Assembly (NCBI GenBank): GCA_043759095.1
Contig: JAYVMG010000627.1
Coordinates: forward strand, 1 to 35,090
Direction: 5' to 3'
Origin: Acidobacteriota bacterium
GTDB taxonomy: Bacteria; Acidobacteriota; Vicinamibacteria; Vicinamibacterales; CAVVIG01
Length of the DNA stretch: 35,090 nt
Part shown: positions 19,174 through 26,723 of the stretch, piece by piece
How positions within the stretch are numbered: position 1 is the stretch's first letter
How the letters are laid out: each line of letters opens with the position of its first letter
Notes under the pieces: generated by a model
The model's input: the letters and a program-made list of their open reading frames with translations, nothing else
Told to the model about the DNA's origin: nothing
Databases searched by the model: none
Position numbers and translations under genes: made by a program

Positions 19174-19869
19174 TCAGGGCTTAGGGCTTAACGTGAAAAT
19201 GAGAATGTGCTGGCGGGGGAGCGCCTCGTCGACTTTCGACAGCGTGAACCCTTCGGCTTCCACTTCCATCTTCGCTTCCGCGACGCTCATCTTGTGTTCG
19301 GGCTTGATCGGCACCATCGGATCTTCCTTGCGGTACTCCAGCAGCACCAGCCGTCCGCCGGGTTTCAGCGACGCGCGCAGATGCCTCAGCATGGCCTGAG
19401 GCTCGGACATCTCGTGATACACGTCGACCATCAGGATCAGGTCCACTGACGCCGGCGGCAGCTTCGGATCGTCGAACGTACCTTCGATCAGCGTGACGTT
19501 GGTGATCTTCTTGTCGAGGAGCCGGCGCCCGAGGATGTTGAGCATCTGCGGCTGCACATCGTTGGCATACACGAGACCCGTCGGACCGACGCGCGCGGCC
19601 AGGCGCACGGTGATGTAGCCGGATCCGGCGCCGATGTCGGCGACCGACGAACCCTTGGCGATCCTCAGCACGTTCAGTGCGATGTCCGGCGCTTCCTCGT
19701 CCTCGCGCTCGCTCCGCTCGAGCCACGGCGCTCCCTGATATCCCATCACCGGCGCATACCGGCGTCCGCTGACGGGGTGGACCCCGGGCGGCTGCTGCGC
19801 CGCAAGCCCGGCCGCCAGGGCGACCGCGGTCAGACTGCCGCCGAGGAGCGCGATCAGGCGTGGGCGCAT
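19174..19869 (-). CDS. Class I SAM-dependent methyltransferase with signal peptide
   Basis: VADIGAGSGY motif I, VDVYHE, LKPGGRL, LPRQH; ATG 6 nt below TG-C-TATCCT. Confidence 0.9.
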   Translation of the reverse strand: MRPRLIALLGGSLTAVALAAGLAAQQPPGVHPVSGRRYAPVMGYQGAPWLERSEREDEEAPDIALNVLRIAKGSSVADIGAGSGYITVRLAARVGPTGLVYANDVQPQMLNILGRRLLDKKITNVTLIEGTFDDPKLPPASVDLILMVDVYHEMSEPQAMLRHLRASLKPGGRLVLLEYRKEDPMVPIKPEHKMSVAEAKMEVEAEGFTLSKVDEALPRQHILIFTLSPKP

Positions 19870-19890
19870 GTGACTAGGATAGCAACAATT

Positions 19891-20025
19891 TTACTGGGGT
19901 TTTTGCGTTTTATCTGAGCGCAGCTCGCCCTCCGCGAACCTCATCAGGACGGCGTTCGGAGCCGACCGCGCGAATCCCGCCACGGTGCTGGGAGCGCTCC
20001 ATGGCACGTCAGCGAGAGCGTGCAT
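19891..20025 (-). pseudogene. Probable truncated gene (44 codons)
   Basis: MHALADVPWSAPSTVAGFARSAPNAVLMRFAEGELR then abrupt AT-rich sequence and stop; from memory it resembles the N-terminus of a methyltransferase family, unverified. Confidence 0.4.
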
Positions 20026-20075
20026 GCTCGAAACTTCGTATGCGCGGGAGCGGTCGCGAGGGATGATGGATGTGC

Positions 20076-20384
20076 ATGGCGACCGAGACTGACATCCGCG
20101 AGGCGCTGCGCCACGTCGACGACCCCGAGATCGGCGTGAACATCGTCGATCTCGGGCTCGTGTATCGCATCGAGTTGGAGGGCGCCCACGCGCGCATCGC
20201 GATGACGATGACAAGCCCCGCGTGCCCGCTGGCGGACTACCTGAAGGATCTCGTCACGTCGGCGATCCGTGATCGCGTTCCTGACGTCGCGGACGTCGAC
20301 ATCGTCGTCGAGTGGGAGCCCCCGTGGGATCCGGACATGATGTCCGACGAAGCCAGGCGCCAGCTTGGCGAGGGCGAGCGCTGA
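20076..20384 (+). CDS. DUF59 / SufT-PaaD-like metal-sulfur cluster assembly factor
   Basis: DPEIGVNIVDLGLVY, MTMTSPACP, WEPPWDPDMMS. Confidence 0.93.
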   Translation: MATETDIREALRHVDDPEIGVNIVDLGLVYRIELEGAHARIAMTMTSPACPLADYLKDLVTSAIRDRVPDVADVDIVVEWEPPWDPDMMSDEARRQLGEGER

Positions 20385-21469
20385 TGCGGCTGGCGGCGCG
20401 CCGCGTGCCGATGGTGTTCGTCGGACTGCTGTCGATGGCGTGCGGCGTGTGGCTCGGTCTGGCGCGGCTTGGGTGGAATCTGCCGCTGCCATGGCAGGAC
20501 CAGTTGATTGCGCACGGGCCGCTGATGGTGTGCGGCTTTCTCGGGACACTCATCAGTCTGGAACGCGCGGTCGCCCTCGGCTCGCGATGGGGTTACGCTG
20601 CGCCAGCCCTCGTGGCGACCGGCGCCGTCGCTCTGGATCTTGGTCCCCTTGGCTCGTGTGCGCCGTTGCTGATCACGGCCGGCAGCCTGGTGATGGTGGC
20701 GATCTTCGTCGTCGTGTGGCGACGACAGGCATCGTTCTTCGTGGCCACGATGACCATCGGCGCGCTCGCCTGGACGTGCGGCAACGTCCAATGGCTTGGC
20801 GGGGCGCCGATCTATCGAGTCGTCTTCTGGTGGCTGACGTTCCTGGTGCTGACGATTGCGGGTGAGAGGCTCGAGCTGAACCGCGTGCTGCGGCCGACGC
20901 GTGCCGTGCGTGGGGCATTCATTCTCGCGGTCGTGACGATCGTGGCCGGTGTCGCCGCAGCGACGTGGTGGCCGGAGCCTGGCGTACGCATTCTGGGCGC
21001 GGGGCTTGTGGCGCTGACCTGCTGGCTGGCGCGCTACGATGTCGCACGGCGGACAGTCCGTCAGCACGGGCTCACGCGGTTCATGGCGGTGAGCCTCCTG
21101 GGAGGCTACGTGTGGCTAGGCACTGGCGGCGTGATCGCGGCCATCACCGGCGTGGCGATGCCAGGGGTGGTCTACGACGCGCTGCTCCACGCTGTCTTCG
21201 TCGGGTTCGTCATGTCGATGGTGTTCGCGCACGCACCGATCATTTTTCCTGCCGTCCTTGGTCTGCCGCTCGTATTCCGCCCGTCGTTCTACCTGCACGT
21301 CGGCGTCCTGCACCTGTCGTTGATCCTGCGGGTGGTTGGTGATCTCGTGGAGGTTCTCGGGCGCTGGCGGAGTTGGGGCGGTCTGCTCAACGCGGTGGCA
21401 CTGCTGCTGTTCATGGTCACTACGGGCCGTTCGATGGCCTTGGGAGGAATTCGTGGCGAATCCGTCTGA
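20384..21469 (+). CDS. Polytopic membrane protein, NnrS-like / heme-copper oxidase-like fold
   Basis: About 12 hydrophobic segments; HGPLMVCGFLGTLISLERAVAL, LTIAGERLEL, YDALLHAVFVGFVMSMVFAHAP; ATG 20384 overlaps upstream TGA. Confidence 0.78.
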   Translation: MRLAARRVPMVFVGLLSMACGVWLGLARLGWNLPLPWQDQLIAHGPLMVCGFLGTLISLERAVALGSRWGYAAPALVATGAVALDLGPLGSCAPLLITAGSLVMVAIFVVVWRRQASFFVATMTIGALAWTCGNVQWLGGAPIYRVVFWWLTFLVLTIAGERLELNRVLRPTRAVRGAFILAVVTIVAGVAAATWWPEPGVRILGAGLVALTCWLARYDVARRTVRQHGLTRFMAVSLLGGYVWLGTGGVIAAITGVAMPGVVYDALLHAVFVGFVMSMVFAHAPIIFPAVLGLPLVFRPSFYLHVGVLHLSLILRVVGDLVEVLGRWRSWGGLLNAVALLLFMVTTGRSMALGGIRGESV

Positions 21470-21788
21470 AATGCCGGGCGCGGCCCCGGTCGCGCCGCTG
21501 ACGCTGGCCGGCTACCAGGAGGGAGCGGTGGTCAGTCGCATACTGCTCAAGCGCGACGGCGGCACCGTCACGCTGTTCGCGTTCGATGAAGGCCAATCAC
21601 TGAGTGAGCACACCGCGCCGTTCGACGCCGTTGCACATGTGCTGGAGGGAGAAGCGCTCATCACGATCGCGGGTATGCCGCTCGCGGTGCGAACGGGGGA
21701 GATGGTGCTGATGCCCGCGAACCAGCCCCACGCGGTCAGCGCGCCGTCGCGGTTCAAGATGCTGCTGACGATGATCCGATCCGTGTGA
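21453..21788 (+). CDS. Cupin domain protein
   Basis: VTLFAFDEGQSLSEHTAPFDA, MPANQPHAV, FKMLL; GTG 21453 after GGAGG. Confidence 0.9.
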   Translation: MANPSEMPGAAPVAPLTLAGYQEGAVVSRILLKRDGGTVTLFAFDEGQSLSEHTAPFDAVAHVLEGEALITIAGMPLAVRTGEMVLMPANQPHAVSAPSRFKMLLTMIRSV

Positions 21789-21812
21789 CGACCGCCGCTG
21801 CGCCTCGGCGCG

Positions 21813-22970
21813 TCAATGCGCGCCGGCTGCCCCCGCACTGGTCGCCAGTGTCTCGGCGCGCGCGGATGTGAGCAGCGGTTCGATGTTCGGGCCCGGCTCA
21901 TACGCGCACAATGGATCCGAAGCCATCACCGCGCCGGTCGCGGCGAACGCCCTCGACCGGGATCCGCCGCAGATGTCCCGGAACCGGCAGCGGCCGCACT
22001 TGCCCATGAGCGCGTCCGTGTCGCGGAGGCGCGTGAAGACGTCATCGGTGCGGTACACCTCCGCCAGGCTCGTCGTTCGCACGTTGCCGCACTGCACGGG
22101 CAGGAAGCCGCTCGGGCAGATGTTGCCGAGATGGTCGACGAACACGAAGCCGTTACCGTCGTTCACGCTGCGTGGCGCGCGAAGCTGGCGGCGGCTCGCC
22201 ACCGCCTGCGACGGAAGGCCGTCACGCACCCGCTCATGCTCGCGCTGCCACACCACGCGCTGGTAGTGCGGCGCCTCCGTCGTCTTGATGCCGAATGGCG
22301 ACGTGAGCGAGAGGTCATAGAGGCGGTTCAGCAGCTTCTCGCACTCGACGTCGTTGATCTGCTCGAGGCCGGCGCCGCGGCCGGTCTGGATCAGGAAGAA
22401 CAGGGCCCAGAGCGTCAGCGGGAACTCGGCGACGCGAGCGGCCATCGCGTCGAAGTCCGCGAGCGTCCGCCGGCTGATCGTCGAGTTGATCTGCAAGGGC
22501 AGCCCCAGGTCGATGGTGGCCTCGATGATCCGCATCGTCCAGTGGTACGAACCGCGCACCCCACGGAATGCATCATGTGATTCGGGCGTCGGGCCGTCGA
22601 GGCTGACCGCGATGCGCGAGAGCCCGGCCTCCTTCAGCGCGGCGAGCTTGGCCGGCGTGGCCGCGGCCGTACCACTCGGCGTGAGCGCGACGGTCAGGCC
22701 GGCGCCGGCGGCGTATCGCACGAGTTCCACGAGATCGGGCCGCCGCATCGGGTCGCCGCCCGTCAGTACAAAGAGCGGCGGCTTCTCGCCGAATCCACGC
22801 ACCTGATCGATCAGTCGGAACGCCTCTTCCGTGGTGAGCTCGCGCGGATCGCGGCGGTGTATCGCGTCCGCGCGGCAGTGCACGCAGGCGAGCGCGCAGG
22901 CGCGCGTCACTTCCCAGATCACGAGAAATGGCGCGCGGTTGAAGTCCGGGGCGAAAGCGGCAGGCGTCAT
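21813..22970 (-). CDS. Radical SAM/SPASM protein, TIGR04053-like (NirJ/AhbD-related)
   Basis: VIWEVTRACALACVHCRA (CxxxCxxC), LTGGDP, KTTEAPHY, VNDGNGFVFV, CPSGFLP, GKCGRCRFRDICGGSRSRA, DPLC; start ATG 22970. Confidence 0.9.
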   Translation of the reverse strand: MTPAAFAPDFNRAPFLVIWEVTRACALACVHCRADAIHRRDPRELTTEEAFRLIDQVRGFGEKPPLFVLTGGDPMRRPDLVELVRYAAGAGLTVALTPSGTAAATPAKLAALKEAGLSRIAVSLDGPTPESHDAFRGVRGSYHWTMRIIEATIDLGLPLQINSTISRRTLADFDAMAARVAEFPLTLWALFFLIQTGRGAGLEQINDVECEKLLNRLYDLSLTSPFGIKTTEAPHYQRVVWQREHERVRDGLPSQAVASRRQLRAPRSVNDGNGFVFVDHLGNICPSGFLPVQCGNVRTTSLAEVYRTDDVFTRLRDTDALMGKCGRCRFRDICGGSRSRAFAATGAVMASDPLCAYEPGPNIEPLLTSARAETLATSAGAAGAH

Positions 22971-23003
22971 GCCTCCAGCATCGCGCGGGGCCCGGCAACT
23001 GCC

Positions 23004-23019
23004 TATGACCCGCGTCATA
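23004..23019. promoter_or_regulatory. Crp/Fnr-type palindromic site 1 (radical SAM promoter)
   Basis: TATGAC-CCGC-GTCATA; centre 23011.5 is 41.5 nt upstream of ATG 22970; -10-like GATGCT at 22982-22977. Confidence 0.8.
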
Positions 23020-23048
23020 CGCCAGAGAAGACAAGAAAAGACACGGCG

Positions 23049-23064
23049 TATGACGGCCGTCATA
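23049..23064. promoter_or_regulatory. Crp/Fnr-type palindromic site 2 (nos operon promoter)
   Basis: TATGAC-GGCC-GTCATA; centre 23056.5; -10 TACAGT 23086-23091 predicts +1 at 23098, i.e. -41.5. Confidence 0.82.
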
Positions 23065-23130
23065 GGGCCGCATGTCTGCGGGTTCTACAGTGGCCTCATG
23101 ACGATTGACGTCGCTTGCTGGAGGGCGCTG

Positions 23131-24297
23131 ATGACACGCCACACGATTCGACGCGGACTCGCAATCCTCTCGCTGCTGACCGCCGGCGTCTTCCTGGCCG
23201 GCTGTTCGTCCAGTCGGCCCGCCGCCGATGCGGCGTCGCTCACGCCACCATTTCTCGACACGCCCGTTGCGCCGCGACCGGCGATGACGTCGGCGACGGT
23301 CGAGAAGGGCAAGCAGCTGTACGACGCCAACTGTGTCCAGTGCCATGGGCCGGAAGGCAAGGGCGATGGCTACGGCGCGCCGTTTCTCGTCCCGCCGCCG
23401 CGCGATTTCACCGGCGGCCAGTTCAAGTTCAGGACGACGGCGGGAGGCCTGCTGCCGACCGACGACGACCTGTTCCGCACGATTTCGCGCGGCGCGAACG
23501 GCACGGGCATGCCGCCGTGGAAGTACCTGCTCAACGATGAGGAGCGCTGGGCGCTTGTCGAATACGTGAAGAGTTTCGAGCCTCGCTTTGCCAATGCGCG
23601 AACCCTCAAGGCCATGCCGCTGCCGGATGCCCCCGGCAGGTCGCGGGACGCCGTCCACGGCAAAGCCGTGTATCTGAAAATGCAGTGCGAGAAGTGCCAC
23701 GGCGAAGATGGCCGCGGCGTCGGGCCCTCGTCGAATGCGATGGTCGACGCCAAGGGTCGGCACGTGAACGGTCGCGACTTCACCCAGCCCGGGTCGTACC
23801 GCACCGGCTGGACCGAACGCGAGATCATCCGCACGCTCGAAACAGGGATGAACGGCGTACCGATGCCGTCGTACACGGGCATCATGTCGAAGCAGGAAGA
23901 GTACGACCTTGTGGCCTACCTGATGAGTATCGCGGGTCCGGGCTCCGGCAATCAGAAGCGTCAGCTCGCCAAGAGCATGGAAGGCGTCGGCGCACCTGAT
24001 CGGGTCATCACGCTGCGCGAGCACGCGTGGAAATACGAGCCGGCGGAGATTCACGTGAAGCGCGGAGAAGTGGTGAAGATCGAATTTTCGACGACCGACA
24101 ACGGTCTGGGTGCTGGGCACGGCTTCGCACTCGACGGGCTCGATCAGAGCGTGTTCATCAACGGCGCCATGGTCGGCGCGCCGCTCTCGGTCACGTTCAA
24201 GGTCGACACCCCCGGGCGCTACAACTTCTACTGCGCGACGCAATGCAGCACGACCGAACTGCACCCCAAGATGCACGGCGTGCTGATCGTCGACTAA
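23131..24297 (+). CDS. Lipoprotein: two c-type cytochrome domains plus C-terminal CuA-like cupredoxin domain
   Basis: Lipobox LAGC; CVQCH...GMP, CEKCH...PMP; GHGF...YCATQCSTTELHPKMHG; GGAGG RBS before ATG 23131 (in-frame alternative ATG 23098). Confidence 0.9.
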   Translation: MTRHTIRRGLAILSLLTAGVFLAGCSSSRPAADAASLTPPFLDTPVAPRPAMTSATVEKGKQLYDANCVQCHGPEGKGDGYGAPFLVPPPRDFTGGQFKFRTTAGGLLPTDDDLFRTISRGANGTGMPPWKYLLNDEERWALVEYVKSFEPRFANARTLKAMPLPDAPGRSRDAVHGKAVYLKMQCEKCHGEDGRGVGPSSNAMVDAKGRHVNGRDFTQPGSYRTGWTEREIIRTLETGMNGVPMPSYTGIMSKQEEYDLVAYLMSIAGPGSGNQKRQLAKSMEGVGAPDRVITLREHAWKYEPAEIHVKRGEVVKIEFSTTDNGLGAGHGFALDGLDQSVFINGAMVGAPLSVTFKVDTPGRYNFYCATQCSTTELHPKMHGVLIVD

Positions 24298-24318
24298 CTA
24301 CGGACCTGTGGAGCTGAC

Positions 24319-26148
24319 ATGAAACGCCATTCGTTCCTTCTCGTCGCCGCGACCATCGTCGCCACGCTTGCTGCCGTGCACTCCATGGGCTGCGGCGCCT
24401 CGCGCTCGGCCCGATCGCTGGCCGCTGAAAAGGTGTATGTCGCACCCGGTGAGCTCGACAAGTACTACGCCTTCCTCTCGGGCGGCCAAAGCGGATCGGT
24501 GTTCGTGGTCGGGATTCCGTCGGGTCGTCTGATCCGTGAAATCCCGGTGTTCGAACCCCGGGCAGCGTATGGCTACGCGATGAACGACAACGATCCCCGC
24601 CGGCAGGAACTCGTCGCGACCGGCGGCGTATGGGGCGACACCCACCATCCCGTCCTGTCGGAAACCAACGGCATGCCCGATGGGAAGTACCTCTGGATCA
24701 ACGATCTCGCCAACGGTCGGTTGGCGCGCATCCGGCTCGACTATTTCGAAGCCGACCGCATCCTCAAGCTGCCGAATATGCAGGGGGCGCACGGCATCGC
24801 CGTGGTCTCGCCGAACACGAAGTACATCGTCGTCAACGGTGAGTTCGAGCTGCCGACCGACGGTCTCGTGACGAATCCGGCGCCCTACACGTCGGTCGTC
24901 TCGTTCGTCGATCCCGACAGCATGCAGGTGAAGTTCCAGGTCCGCATCAACGGCAACATCGATATTGCCGACACGTCGAAGGATGGCCGCTACTCGTTCT
25001 CGACGGTCTACAACCTCGAGCAAGGCAAGGACATGGGATCGATGATTCAGTACGACCGTGATGCGGTCGCGGCCATCGACATTCCGGCGGCCGAGAAGGC
25101 CATCGCGGCCGGACGCGGCGAGGTGCGCAACGGCGCGCCGATTCTCGACCCTGAGACAAATCCCGGTGTGCTGACGCTGATTCCGGTTCCCAAGAATCCT
25201 CACGGGATCAACGTGACGCCTGATGGCCGCTATGCCATCGCCGCCGGGAAGTTGTCGCCGACGGTCACGATCATCGACGCGCACACGCTGAAGATCATCG
25301 CCGAACCCGAGGTCGGCCTGGGGCCGCTGCACACCACGTTCGACGATCGCGGCAACGCGTTCACATCGCTGTTTCTCGACAGCCAGGTCGTGAAGTGGAA
25401 CATCGACAAGGCGGTGAAAGGCGCACCCGACTACATCGTGGACCGCATCAACGTGCACTACAACATCGGTCATCTGCAGGCGGTCGGCGGCGACCACATG
25501 CATCCGGCGGGCGACTACCTCATCGCGCTCAACAAGCTGTCGAAGGACATGTATGCGCCGGTTGGTCCCGATCTACCGGAAAACCAGGAGATCATCGACA
25601 TCTCCGGCGAGAAGATGAAGCTGCTCGCGTCGTTCCCGACGCCGCCCGAGCCGCACGACGCGACGTTCATGGCCGTGTCAGTGCTGAAGCCGCTCGTCCA
25701 CCAGACGTACACGCCGGCCGACAATGCGGTTCAAGCCGGCAAGGAGCGGGTCGTGCGCACCGCGCCGCACGCCGTGACGGTGGACATGACGCTGATTCGC
25801 AGCGCCTATACGCCGGACAAGGTCGAGGTGCGGGAAGGCGATCAGGTGACGCTGAAGATCACCAACGTGGAGACGATTCGCGACATGATTCACGGCTTTG
25901 CGCTGCCGGACCACAACTTGAACATTGCGCTCGCGCCCGGGTATACCAAGACCATCACGTTCGATGCCGGCAAGCCGGGCGTCTATTGGTACTACTGCAC
26001 GAATTTCTGCAGCGCGCTCCACCTCGAGATGCGCGGGCGGATGCTCGTGCAACCGAAAGATTCGACCGTCACGCTGACCGACTGGCACGCGGCGGCGAAC
26101 GTCCAAGGGCAGGTCGTTGCCGGCGTGCCATCGACCGGGGCCAAGTAA
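24319..26148 (+). CDS. nosZ: Nitrous oxide reductase
   Basis: All seven CuZ His contexts (DTHH, GAHG, PKNPHG, GLGPLH, NIGH, EPHD) and CuA ligands (HGF, CTNFCSALHLEM). Confidence 0.97.
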   Translation: MKRHSFLLVAATIVATLAAVHSMGCGASRSARSLAAEKVYVAPGELDKYYAFLSGGQSGSVFVVGIPSGRLIREIPVFEPRAAYGYAMNDNDPRRQELVATGGVWGDTHHPVLSETNGMPDGKYLWINDLANGRLARIRLDYFEADRILKLPNMQGAHGIAVVSPNTKYIVVNGEFELPTDGLVTNPAPYTSVVSFVDPDSMQVKFQVRINGNIDIADTSKDGRYSFSTVYNLEQGKDMGSMIQYDRDAVAAIDIPAAEKAIAAGRGEVRNGAPILDPETNPGVLTLIPVPKNPHGINVTPDGRYAIAAGKLSPTVTIIDAHTLKIIAEPEVGLGPLHTTFDDRGNAFTSLFLDSQVVKWNIDKAVKGAPDYIVDRINVHYNIGHLQAVGGDHMHPAGDYLIALNKLSKDMYAPVGPDLPENQEIIDISGEKMKLLASFPTPPEPHDATFMAVSVLKPLVHQTYTPADNAVQAGKERVVRTAPHAVTVDMTLIRSAYTPDKVEVREGDQVTLKITNVETIRDMIHGFALPDHNLNIALAPGYTKTITFDAGKPGVYWYYCTNFCSALHLEMRGRMLVQPKDSTVTLTDWHAAANVQGQVVAGVPSTGAK

Positions 26149-26723
26149 TGAAGGTGCGGCTCCTCTACGCCGCCGCCGCCGCGCTCGTCGCGGCGACGCT
26201 AGCGTTCCCGCTGTGGGGCTTCGCCATGGCTGCGCCGCAATACCCTGACGAGACCCTGCACCTGCAGGTGACGCGGGCCGGGATTGTCGGCGACGTGCAG
26301 GAGGTGTCGACCCTGCAGCATTTCATCGGCGTGCGGTTCCCGACTGAGTTGCCGGAGTTGAGGTGGGCGACGGCCGCGATCGTCGCGCTTGCAGCCCTCC
26401 TGCTGCTCGGCGCGCTTGTCGGCGGTGGCGCGGTCGGCCGCGTGTATCGCGTGCTGTGCGCCGTTGCGCTGGTGACATTTCTCGTGGCATCAGCCGCCGT
26501 GGTGCAGACGCGGTTGTACCAGGTCGGCCACGATCGCGATCCGGACGCGCCACTGCGCGGCATGCGCAATTTTACCCCGCCGCTTGTCGGCCCGGCGAAG
26601 GTCGGCAATTTTACTGTGTGGTCATTTCCGCATACCGGCGCCCTCATGCTGCTGTTGGCGGCAGGCCTCGCCGTCTATGGAGTCCGCCTTCAGCCGGACT
26701 CTTCGGGAAAGGCGGCCGCGTGA
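26148..26723 (+). CDS. nosB: NosB-like membrane protein
   Basis: PLW...APQYP, GDV.....LQHFIG, GH.RDP.AP, PPLVG.....NFT..S.P match the clade II NosB pattern; ATG overlaps nosZ TAA. Confidence 0.85.
   Translation: MKVRLLYAAAAALVAATLAFPLWGFAMAAPQYPDETLHLQVTRAGIVGDVQEVSTLQHFIGVRFPTELPELRWATAAIVALAALLLLGALVGGGAVGRVYRVLCAVALVTFLVASAAVVQTRLYQVGHDRDPDAPLRGMRNFTPPLVGPAKVGNFTVWSFPHTGALMLLLAAGLAVYGVRLQPDSSGKAAA

Noticed and set aside
20026-20075. Fourth TATGAC-N4-RTCATA site before the DUF59 operon
   Set aside because: No match found at or near the -41.5 position.
22831-23130. ORF-track N-terminal extensions of the cytochrome/CuA gene (22831) and radical SAM gene (23063)
   Set aside because: They overlap each other and the operators; lipoprotein signal with RBS supports 23131 and family start supports 22970.
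25395-26147. 442-aa version of nosB; similar extensions for nosD, nosL, nosY, the AlgJ-like and NnrS-like genes
   Set aside because: Extensions lie inside upstream genes; coupled stop/start overlaps or signal peptides give the real starts.
24319-26148. Lactonase-type (clade III) N2O reductase or cytochrome c-fused cNosZ
   Set aside because: Canonical CuZ/CuA motif contexts are readily recognisable and there is no CxxCH in NosZ; hemes are on the separate upstream gene.
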